18,634 bases of DNA from an uncultured archaeon (lineage in GTDB: Archaea; Asgardarchaeota; Lokiarchaeia; Sigyniarchaeales; SOKP01): the NCBI GenBank assembly GCA_964388035.1, contig CAYLZE010000077.1:5432-24065 (forward strand). Reading direction: 5' to 3'. The notes beneath the pieces are model-generated. The model was not told the origin of the DNA. It did no database searches and saw only the letters and a list, made by a program, of their open reading frames with translations. Made by a program: the position numbers and the translations under genes. Positions 1 through 8,477 of this stretch are shown here, piece after piece; the stretch's first letter is position 1; each line of letters starts with the position of its first letter.

Positions 1-44
1 CCCGTACAAGTATTCCTATTAACCTTAACTTTATAGATTTGCAT
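1..44 (-). CDS. 5' fragment of a probable 4Fe-4S ferredoxin-like protein (truncated by window edge)
   Basis: Manual translation from ATG at 44 gives MQIYKVKVNRNTCTG..., matching the start of a ferredoxin CxxCxxC motif. It begins 6 nt after the mvhD stop on the same strand. Only 14 full codons are visible. Confidence 0.6.
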   Translation of the reverse strand, partial: MQIYKVKVNRNTCT

Positions 45-50
45 TTTGAT

Positions 51-476
51 TCACTTCTCCTTTCTAATTGGATTAGGACCAATTTCCTTTAATTCGTCCA
101 CAAATTCCTTGACAATCTCCGTGAGTTCTGCTCCCTCTGAAGCAGAGACATAAGTGTACTTGATTCGTTTTGGATTAATTCCATATTGCTTTAGGTAAAG
201 TTGAAGCATGGGCATTTTTCTAATCGTTTTATAATTTCCCTCTACATAGTGGCAGTCCCCCGGATGGCAATGAGAAACTAGAACCCCGTCAACTCCTTCC
301 ATGAGCGCATCGAGGACGAATTGCGGATCTATTCGTCCCCCGCACATGACGCGCATGATTCTCAGATTTGCGGGACGTTGCATTCGAGAAGTCCCCGCTT
401 GGTCTGCTCCAGCATATGTACACCAGTTACAGCAGATTCCAAGGATATAAGGACTCCATTCTTTACTTACGGTCAT
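51..476 (-). CDS. mvhD: Methyl-viologen-reducing hydrogenase delta subunit (MvhD/FlpD family, 2Fe-2S)
   Basis: Motifs CCNWCTYAGADQAG, RVMCGGRID, GVDGVLVSHCHPGDCHY, GNY and SASEG. ATG at 476 preferred over the in-frame TTG at 479. Confidence 0.95.
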   Translation of the reverse strand: MTVSKEWSPYILGICCNWCTYAGADQAGTSRMQRPANLRIMRVMCGGRIDPQFVLDALMEGVDGVLVSHCHPGDCHYVEGNYKTIRKMPMLQLYLKQYGINPKRIKYTYVSASEGAELTEIVKEFVDELKEIGPNPIRKEK

Positions 477-506
477 CAATATTCTCTTTTTATCTTGATT
501 TGAATA

Positions 507-516
507 TATTATAAAA
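507..516 (-). promoter_or_regulatory. Candidate archaeal TATA box for mvhD
   Basis: TTTTATAATA on the minus strand about 30 nt upstream of the mvhD ATG. The AT-rich context limits specificity. Confidence 0.3.
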
Positions 517-899
517 CGCTCTTACCTAAAAACGATTTGTATTTATAGACTTATGAAAAAGAAAGTATTGTTTTATAAAAAATTTCTTATTGTATGAGGT
601 AAGTCCACGATTCTAATATTCTAACGTTCGTGGATATTTTAGCGTTAAGAATGGGCATACCTATCGAAGAACTTAGAATGCGTTCTTTATAAGCAATTTT
701 TCGGAGCTATTGAAAACTTATGATGTAGAAAAAATTAAATTTCTATGCTTTAAAAAGTTGTATTAATCTGACGGTTTTTTGATTGAAATTAATGTATTTA
801 TTGACAAGAAATTAAATTTCTCCTTACTTTTGCTTAGAAAAACTATTTCAAATGTCCATTTAATCTTAAATATTGATTTTTAAAGTTATATTTCAAGAT

Positions 900-1655
900 T
901 TACTTTCTTAAACCCATGCAAATTGTTTTTTTTGAATAGATGTGAGGCAGAATTTTCACTTTTAATCCGCACTTTTTCATTTCTTTTTTCAATTCTAAAA
1001 CTGAATATATATAATGATACAAAACACAATCCACAGAACGATCATACCAAACAATATCACCATATCTCAATCCTGAAACCACATCAATTCCCAATTTTTC
1101 TCCATAATGATACAATCCAATTTTTTTCTTAAACCATTTTGGAATCCACACGATTGGATCCCCCAATCGATTATTACAATCAATAATTACATATTTACGA
1201 CTGACGCGAGTCATTTCTTTTATTGCTTTTATTCTATCTATCTTATCAAAAATGCCCCCCAAACTATTTCCTAAGCAAATCACGGCGTCGTAAGATCCAC
1301 TGGCTTCTTGAATGTTAGTAACATCTTGGATCTCAGCGTTTATTCCTTTTTTAATTGCTAATTGGATCATCTCTTGACTTATATCAATTAATTTAACATC
1401 ATGATTTTGATTAATAAGAAAAGATGCCCAACGCCCTGTGCCCCCGCAAACATCTAATACTTTTAGTTTTTTGGGAAAATTTGATAAACAATTTACTGTT
1501 ATCGAATCTAAAATTCGAAATCTTTTTTCGTGCTCTTCTGGAATTATTTTCAGATAATTAGTATATATTTTCTGAGGATTTGATATATCAATAAGATTTC
1601 CATTAAGTTCTACAATATATTTTCTATTACAATTATTTGGGACAGAAAATAAACA
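900..1655 (-). CDS. Class I SAM-dependent methyltransferase (start uncertain; ORF track call 900..1370 is N-terminally truncated)
   Basis: The frame stays open upstream of ATG 1370 until TGA at 1658-1656. The extension contains SAM motif I KVLDVCGGTGRWA (about 1425-1463) and LIDISQEMI. Downstream part has YDAVICLGNSLG and AIKEMTRV. No in-frame ATG/GTG/TTG occurs upstream of motif I. Confidence 0.8.
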   Translation of the reverse strand, partial: CLFSVPNNCNRKYIVELNGNLIDISNPQKIYTNYLKIIPEEHEKRFRILDSITVNCLSNFPKKLKVLDVCGGTGRWASFLINQNHDVKLIDISQEMIQLAIKKGINAEIQDVTNIQEASGSYDAVICLGNSLGGIFDKIDRIKAIKEMTRVSRKYVIIDCNNRLGDPIVWIPKWFKKKIGLYHYGEKLGIDVVSGLRYGDIVWYDRSVDCVLYHYIYSVLELKKEMKKCGLKVKILPHIYSKKTICMGLRK

Positions 1656-2164
1656 TCACCTTTATTCAAATAGGGATTACGCGGTTACTTAAATTATGTT
1701 GATTTAGGAATATTCAATATAATAAAGATAATTAATTTCTATTATTATATTCTTTTTGAATTCAATTAAAAACATATAAATGATATTAAAACGAGATTTT
1801 CCCCTCAAAAAATTGATAATCTTATTGCACATGGATTGAATGACTCAATAAAAAAATTAAGAACCATATTATTAAATGCATTTTCTGAGGGATTAAATCC
1901 AGATGTTCCTTACTAAATTAATCAGAACTCAATTTCTATTAATTTCAAAAATATTAATTTGAAATATTCTCAAAATTTTAATAAATATTATATTTGAAAA
2001 TAGCGATGTATAATTTATAATTAAAGAAATTGAACTAAAAGAAAAAGAGAAATCAAATTTGTTAAAAAAATGGAGAATATCTTAATCTTTAAAATAAATA
2101 ACAATTAATTAGTATTTAACAAAAAAACACAAGAAAATAGAATTAACCAGTAGAGAGAGGAAAG

Positions 2165-3607
2165 ATGTCTTCATTAGAACAGGAAGCTAGTGCAAGTTTA
2201 ATGGAGAGAAAGCCCCATAAAAGTGCGAAATATTGGGCTTGGGCATTTGGGGGTCCCGTAGCTACAATTCTCATTAACATGTGGGGAAGACTACAATACT
2301 ATGCGGCCCACATCTTATTATTTCCTCAGCTAACAATTTCGATGATCTATCTTATTTATTCAACGGTAGATGCATTTAATGACCCCATAATTGGATATAT
2401 CGCCGACCAAACCACGCGTTTTACGAAAAAATATGGAAAACGCTTTCCTTGGATCATGTCGGGTCGAATTTTGCAGCCCATTTTTTTAATTCTATGTTTT
2501 ATTCCCATCGTTCCTATTGCGAGCGGTTCCGGTAATTTAATGCTCTCGATAACCTGGTTTCTTGTAATGATGTGTATTTATGAAACAATGGGAACGGCTT
2601 GCGAAATAAATCAAGATGCCATGTTTCCCGATTTATTTCGAGGTCAACTAGAAAGAACCAAAAGCATTCGGGCCAAACAAGTCGTGAGTATCATTTTCCA
2701 GATTTTTATTACCCTTTTTGTCCCTTTGGTATTAGGAAGGTTAGGGGGAGAAGACAGTCAGAATGCATATTTAGGGACCGCGATCATGTGCGTGATTATT
2801 TCATATATTTTACTCGTTCCCTTTACTTATGGTGCTTATGAGAATAAGGAGATGAGAGCTTTTAGGGCACGCTTGGATTCAGATCGAAAAAGTAAAGCGA
2901 ACTCTTCTCTTAAGAGCACGCTGATTACCATTTTTAAGGATAGAAATTGGATGGGCTTTGTTTTGATGTTTTTCTTGTATTCTGTTGCGGGAATTTGTTT
3001 TCTAAATGGCATTGCTTTCTTTTTGTATGATGGATTGGGGTATGATATAGATTCATTAGATGCCATCCTTCCATATATAATCTTTTTAGTCATGACCTTT
3101 ATTGGATCGCTACTTTTTCTTCCCTTGGTAAAAAAGCAGGGGGCCAGGAACTGTACAATTCTCAGTTTGGTGTTAATGTGCTTCTTTTTTATCTTTTTAT
3201 TTTTGCTACCCGTCTCCTTCCTTAATATTCTTTGTATTGGGGGCGGTATTAGCTATGGTGGAATCATAGTATCCGGGATCTATGTCAATGCCGAAACAAT
3301 CGATAATGCCGTCATTAAATCGGGTAAACGGGAAGAAGGCTCCTACATGGGCATATTGCGGGTGTTTACCGCTTATTCTTATGCCTTGCAAACTTTCCTT
3401 TTTGCACTCGTTTCGATGAATACGGGATTTATCTCTAGTGATCCGAGCACGTTTACTGAACAAACTTACATGGGATTGTTAATACAAATTACCTTGATTC
3501 CCTTAGGTATTCTTCTAATCGGTTTGATTTTATTCGTTCTCATGTATAAAATTACTAAAGAAGATGCTTTAAATAACTCGAAAAAATTAAAACAGCTTGG
3601 TCTCTAA
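2165..3607 (+). CDS. MFS transporter, glycoside-pentoside-hexuronide (GPH/MelB-like, MFS_2) family
   Basis: 480 aa with about 12 hydrophobic segments. Motifs DAFNDPIIGYIADQT, GKRFPWI and GKREEGSYMG. Confidence 0.92.
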   Translation: MSSLEQEASASLMERKPHKSAKYWAWAFGGPVATILINMWGRLQYYAAHILLFPQLTISMIYLIYSTVDAFNDPIIGYIADQTTRFTKKYGKRFPWIMSGRILQPIFLILCFIPIVPIASGSGNLMLSITWFLVMMCIYETMGTACEINQDAMFPDLFRGQLERTKSIRAKQVVSIIFQIFITLFVPLVLGRLGGEDSQNAYLGTAIMCVIISYILLVPFTYGAYENKEMRAFRARLDSDRKSKANSSLKSTLITIFKDRNWMGFVLMFFLYSVAGICFLNGIAFFLYDGLGYDIDSLDAILPYIIFLVMTFIGSLLFLPLVKKQGARNCTILSLVLMCFFFIFLFLLPVSFLNILCIGGGISYGGIIVSGIYVNAETIDNAVIKSGKREEGSYMGILRVFTAYSYALQTFLFALVSMNTGFISSDPSTFTEQTYMGLLIQITLIPLGILLIGLILFVLMYKITKEDALNNSKKLKQLGL

Positions 3608-3705
3608 TAAAAAAATAAAAAGAATATAATTATCATTGAAATTAATATTGATATGCTATGATCCTTTTTATAACTTTTCTCAGAAGCAATTTAAAATCTT
3701 ATAGT

Positions 3706-4515
3706 TCAGAATTGAATTCTTTCGGGATGCGTATATATGTTCATTCTCGCTCCCCTTACAAAGCCTATCAAGGTTACACCATAAGCTAATGCTAATCGAA
3801 TTCCCGAATCAATTGCGGTTGATAAAGAAGCAACGATGGGTATGTTAGCTCTTATTGCTTTTAATACGGAATCTCCCGTCAATCGACCGGTAGTAGTTAA
3901 AAATAAATTAGTAGAATCATGCCCCGCTAAAAGCATTTCACCGATCACCTTATCAATGGCATTATGACGACCAATATCTTCTTTAACTGCTAAAAGATTT
4001 CCCTGGAAATCGAAGAGTGCCGCTCCGTGGCAACCACCCGTTTCTCTAAACAGTACGGTTTCTTTTTGCATCTTGATCATGCATGAATGTAATAACTCGG
4101 GATTGATCACCACATCTTTTTTTTTTTTGATTGTATCTTTTGCTCGCTCTAAAGCAGCTAGCATTATTTTTCTCCAAGGGGAAGAGATGCCACAGCTGGT
4201 ATCTATTACCCGACAAGTGCGATTTAGATCAATTTCATCCAGATTCAGCTCGATAGAATCGTCCAATTGAACGCTTATTGTCTCTTCTGATTCATCAATC
4301 TTGATCTCGTTAAAATCCTCAACGGAATTAATTATTCCCGTAGAGAATAGAAAACCTACCGCCAATTCTCTTAAATCTTTGGGCAAACATATAATATTAA
4401 CTATAGATTTCGAATTTACATGGATATCAATAGGGCTTTCAACTAATATTATATCCTGCAATTGCGTTCGTTCATTTTTCTTTATTTGCGTGATCGAAAC
4501 ATTTCTCTTATACAA
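3706..4515 (-). CDS. fdhD: Formate dehydrogenase accessory sulfurtransferase FdhD
   Basis: Motifs PKDLRELAVGFLFSTG, TSCG, FRETGGCHGAALF, EDIGRHNAIDKVIG, TTGRL and GVTLIGFVRG.RMNIYTHPERI. TTG start. Confidence 0.95.
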   Translation of the reverse strand: MYKRNVSITQIKKNERTQLQDIILVESPIDIHVNSKSIVNIICLPKDLRELAVGFLFSTGIINSVEDFNEIKIDESEETISVQLDDSIELNLDEIDLNRTCRVIDTSCGISSPWRKIMLAALERAKDTIKKKKDVVINPELLHSCMIKMQKETVLFRETGGCHGAALFDFQGNLLAVKEDIGRHNAIDKVIGEMLLAGHDSTNLFLTTTGRLTGDSVLKAIRANIPIVASLSTAIDSGIRLALAYGVTLIGFVRGARMNIYTHPERIQF

Positions 4516-5150
4516 TCAGACGAACCCCATTTTTTACATTGAACTTATCTTTCTCTCTCATTTAATAACTACAAGGAATAAAAAAGTTATGTATTAAATT
4601 TTATTTTTTGAGATTTAAATTTATTTATTTTACTGAAAGGATAATTTTTTCTTTAAAAAGAATCCCAAGCTAAGTGGTTTTTTTTGCTGGTCATTTTAAT
4701 TACAGAATTGCAGTATTCAAATATAAAGAAGTAATAGAATTTTTTAAAATTCTATCATTCGTGTATCCAGATGCACCAATTGATAATAGATGGAAAAAAA
4801 GATTGTATCTTATGAATTACGGAATTGCGCGGAAATCTCTGCTTTTAAACCAATTCCCGATTTTCTAATATCTATGAGAATTGCCCTTCAAGATATGAAT
4901 TCGAATCCTAAGTATAAAAGTATTTCATTTTCCTCCCAGATTAATTCCCCAAGTGGAATTTGTTCAGGGTGGTATTTTCTTTGCCTTGAATGATTAGAAA
5001 TATTTCATAATTTAGTTTTTTAAAAATTGAATTAAACCTAATATAGATTTATAAAGAATGAAACCAATAATTGAACTAATTTTTAAAATCTTCTCGATCT
5101 TTCATTCGTAAATTAATAAAAAACTAAAAAAAATGTGAAGAATACTAGTC

Positions 5151-6581
5151 ATGTCTGATTTAAAACCATTACCTTCAACAAGGAATGAATCTGAAATAAA
5201 GGCATCCAATAAAAAGATGATATCGTATTCGTTCGTATTCTTTGTCTTTCAGCTATTTGGATATGGACAAATTTATGCATTATATGAGATAAATGTTTTT
5301 GGAGCTGCTGGATATTCTGTAGCTGATGCCGGCTTTTTAGTCGCATTAGCAATGGGATTATTTACTATATGGAACATGATTAATGATCCCTTGAGCGGAT
5401 ATTTAACAGATCGACCAATGCGATGGACCAAAAAATGGGGCATGCGTTTTCCCTGGATTTTAATTGGAATCTTTCCCACCATTCTTTTCTGGTTTCTTAT
5501 TTGGATTCCACCAGAAGCTGATGCAACAAACCCCTGGCCTGTTTTTTTTTACTTACTCCTTATTCTCTGTTTATTTGATTTATTCTATTCCATTTATTCG
5601 ACTCAAGCTTTGGGTGCTTATCCCGTTCATTTCCGCTCGGAAGAAGATAGAAGAAAAGCAGGCGTGTTAGTCATGGCTTTCGGAGGAATTGCTACGTTTG
5701 GATTTGCGATAATTACTTCCTTAACTCTCAATATAAGTGTGAAGAGCTCCTTTGCAACCGCTGCGATAATCTTGGTTATTGCCCAACTAATTGGAACGTT
5801 ATTATTCATCCCGGGAGTTCGAGAAACAAAAGAAATTACAAATCTATTTATATGGGGGCATGAGCATACTGAAAAAACTACTTTTATTCAAGCTCTTAAA
5901 ACCGCTGTTACAGCGAAGAATTTCATGATTTCCACCTTCGCTTACTTGATGTTTTCTTGCTCAGGTGCTTTAATCGGTGCATCTTCGATATATTGGTATG
6001 CCTATGGAATAAATACTCCCTATGCTTATCTATCCCTTGCTGCAATTCTCCAGCTTGCTTGTTATATTCTCTTTATGCCTTTATGGAGTAAAGTGGCTAA
6101 TAAGATTGGCACTTTTAAGACGTATGCTTTGGGCTTAGTTCTTACGGGATTTAGTGGTGTCATTGCATTTTTCTTTGTTTATAATTTTACCATGGAACTG
6201 ATTATGCAACCTCTCTATGGAGCAAGTAATTCATGCTTTTTTATCATGGTACAACCCATTTTATCCGATTGTTATGATGAAGTAACAACTAAAACGGGAA
6301 GACATCAAGAAGCATCAATGCTGGGCGTTAGAAATTTTTTCTTTCGTCTAGCAATATTCGCAGCGACTTTTAGTATCGCAGCTGTTCATATCCTTACTGC
6401 CTATGATATAACTCCTGGAGCACTCCAATCTTCGGCGGCAATATTAGGTGTGCGGCTACATTCTACCTTAATCCCTTCCATGTTTAACTTTATTGGGGCT
6501 TTAGTTTTCTATCTGTTTTATGATTTGTTTGGAAAGAAAAAAGAGAACATGCAACAAAAAATGATAGAGAGGAAGCTCTAA
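5151..6581 (+). CDS. MFS transporter, GPH/MelB-like (MFS_2) family
   Basis: 476 aa with about 12 hydrophobic segments. Motifs WNMINDPLSGYLTDR, WGMRFPWI and DCYDE....GRHQEASMLG. Confidence 0.92.
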   Translation: MSDLKPLPSTRNESEIKASNKKMISYSFVFFVFQLFGYGQIYALYEINVFGAAGYSVADAGFLVALAMGLFTIWNMINDPLSGYLTDRPMRWTKKWGMRFPWILIGIFPTILFWFLIWIPPEADATNPWPVFFYLLLILCLFDLFYSIYSTQALGAYPVHFRSEEDRRKAGVLVMAFGGIATFGFAIITSLTLNISVKSSFATAAIILVIAQLIGTLLFIPGVRETKEITNLFIWGHEHTEKTTFIQALKTAVTAKNFMISTFAYLMFSCSGALIGASSIYWYAYGINTPYAYLSLAAILQLACYILFMPLWSKVANKIGTFKTYALGLVLTGFSGVIAFFFVYNFTMELIMQPLYGASNSCFFIMVQPILSDCYDEVTTKTGRHQEASMLGVRNFFFRLAIFAATFSIAAVHILTAYDITPGALQSSAAILGVRLHSTLIPSMFNFIGALVFYLFYDLFGKKKENMQQKMIERKL

Positions 6582-6726
6582 CTCTTCTACTTTATTAACC
6601 GATATTTTTTCTTCTTTTAATTGGGATATTTAACATGTTTGTTTGGCTTTTTAACAATAAAACAAAGTGAAATTTGAAATTAATTAAAATTAACTTAGGT
6701 TTTTACCCGATGTACGACATACCTAA

Positions 6727-6738
6727 TGTTTATAAACA
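6727..6738 (+). promoter_or_regulatory. Candidate TATA box / 12-bp palindrome upstream of the oxidoreductase operon
   Basis: TGTTTATAAACA is a perfect palindrome with a TTTATAAA core, about 80 nt before ATG 6819. Confidence 0.3.
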
Positions 6739-6818
6739 CTACATTTAAAAATACTTAAATTCCTTAAATATCATAAGATTAGAATAATAATTTTTTCGGA
6801 ATCTAAAGGTAAACAATA

Positions 6819-8477
6819 ATGCAAGATGATGTTTTTACATTTCTGGTGGGAGGCAAGGCAGGGGAAGGGGTTAAAAAGGCTGGCTCAGTAGTCGCCCATC
6901 TATTTTCCAGTATTGGTCGCTTTGTCTTCCAACTTGACGATTATATGAGCTTGATAAGGGGAGGACATAATTTTTCAGTAGTTAGTACCTCTTCAGAAGG
7001 GATTAGCAGTCATTACATGAATGCTGATCTCATGGTACTTTTTGATGAGAGAAGTTATCAGATGCACTTAAAAGAAATTGTAAAAGATGGCATTGTAGTC
7101 TTCAATTCTGATGAGGTAAAGGAAGATATAAACGGAATTGGAATCCCTTTAAGTTCTAAAGCAAAGAAGTATCCCGCAAAGAATTTAATGTATGGCGTTG
7201 GCGCGGTAGCTGTAGCCGCATCTGCACTTGGAATAGAAAAAAAAGAATTAGATGCAATGATTTCCAAGGAATATCCCCGAGGAATCGAAGATAATATTGC
7301 TTTTGCACATGAGATATATGATCTGGTAAATCCTAAATTAAATAGCAAATATAAGCTCAAAAATGGAGATAAAAAAAGACCAATCATAACGGGGAATGAA
7401 GCTATTAGTATGGGAGCTATCGCGGGCGGTTTGAATGCATATTATGGTTATCCCATGACTCCGGCATCCTCGATCTTACATTTCTTGGCGAATAAAGCTA
7501 AGGAATTTGGATTAGCAGTGGTGCACCCCGAAAGTGAATTGGCAGTGATTAATATGGCTATAGGCTCCGCCTTTACAGGAGCTAAAACGATGGTAGGAAC
7601 TAGTGGAGGGGGATTTGCATTAATGGCAGAAGGCATTTCTTTGGCGGGCATGGCGGAAGCACCCGTATTAATTGTTTTAGGAATGCGAGCAGGCCCCGCT
7701 ACTGGAGTTCCTACATATACGGAACAAGGTGACCTAAATTTTGCTCTCAATGTTGGGCATGGTGAATTTTTACGTATTGTGGCTTCTCCGGGAACTATTG
7801 CTGAAGCTTTTGATTTAACATCTGAAATGTTAGATTTGGTATGGAAGTTCCAAACACCAGGAATTTTATTAACAGAAAAACACCTTGCAGAAAGTAGCAT
7901 GACTGTGGACTTAGATTTTAGCAAGGTAAAGTGGGCACAACCGAAAATGTATGATAATGGAGAATATAAAAGATATCACCATACTAATGATGGCGTATCC
8001 CCTTTATTATTTCCACCTTCCAAAAGTGTGATAAAATGGAATAGCTATGAACATGATGAATATGGGATTACAACAGAAAAAGCTGAGCTAGTTGCTGCCA
8101 TGCATGATAAAAGAAAAAAGAAAATTAATGCCCTGAAGGAATACATGAAAAATATGAAAACAGTCAATATCCATGGTGATGGAAACCCATTAATTTTTAC
8201 TTACGGTTCTACCACAATGAGCGTGTTAGAAGCACTTAAACACGGTAAAATTGATGCAACTGTGGTTCAACCCATATATCTAAGTCCTTTTCCTGATTGG
8301 GCATTAAATAACTATAAAGATAAGCCTGCAATTGTAGTTGAAATGAGTTCCACGGGTTTATTTGCAAATTTACTCAGGGAAAAAGCCGGAATCTCCGTAG
8401 ATATAGAGATTAAACGATATGATGGCCGACCTTTTGATCCCGTGGAACTTTCTAAAAATTTAAAGGAGGTATGTTAA
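6819..8477 (+). CDS. korA: 2-oxoacid:ferredoxin (acceptor) oxidoreductase, alpha subunit (gamma-alpha fusion type)
   Basis: Motifs GGKAGEGV, SLIRGGHNF, TGNEAISMGA, YYGYPMTPAS, ESELAVINMAIGS, TSGGGFALMAEG and GPATGVPTYTEQGDL. Substrate is not determinable, so the symbol denotes the family only. Confidence 0.95.
   Translation: MQDDVFTFLVGGKAGEGVKKAGSVVAHLFSSIGRFVFQLDDYMSLIRGGHNFSVVSTSSEGISSHYMNADLMVLFDERSYQMHLKEIVKDGIVVFNSDEVKEDINGIGIPLSSKAKKYPAKNLMYGVGAVAVAASALGIEKKELDAMISKEYPRGIEDNIAFAHEIYDLVNPKLNSKYKLKNGDKKRPIITGNEAISMGAIAGGLNAYYGYPMTPASSILHFLANKAKEFGLAVVHPESELAVINMAIGSAFTGAKTMVGTSGGGFALMAEGISLAGMAEAPVLIVLGMRAGPATGVPTYTEQGDLNFALNVGHGEFLRIVASPGTIAEAFDLTSEMLDLVWKFQTPGILLTEKHLAESSMTVDLDFSKVKWAQPKMYDNGEYKRYHHTNDGVSPLLFPPSKSVIKWNSYEHDEYGITTEKAELVAAMHDKRKKKINALKEYMKNMKTVNIHGDGNPLIFTYGSTTMSVLEALKHGKIDATVVQPIYLSPFPDWALNNYKDKPAIVVEMSSTGLFANLLREKAGISVDIEIKRYDGRPFDPVELSKNLKEVC
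8465..8470 (+). promoter_or_regulatory. Shine-Dalgarno site for the beta subunit
   Basis: GGAGGT 7 nt upstream of ATG 8478. The alpha stop TAA directly abuts the beta ATG. Confidence 0.7.

Noticed and set aside
321-503. Short ORF-track entries overlapping real genes (321-503, 923-1132, 2599-2841, 2836-3093, 3206-3463, 4073-4270, 4301-4597, 5149-5352, 5273-5482, 5464-5670, 5627-5809, 7058-7387, 7448-7924, 9394-9609, 9916-10149, 14021-14272, 15370-15573)
   Set aside because: Antisense or alternate-frame shadows of well-supported CDSs, with no recognisable motifs.
726-821. Repeated AAATTAAATTTCT and palindrome AGAAATT-A-AATTTCT (807-821)
   Set aside because: Only two copies of low-complexity AT sequence; not a CRISPR array or IS end.
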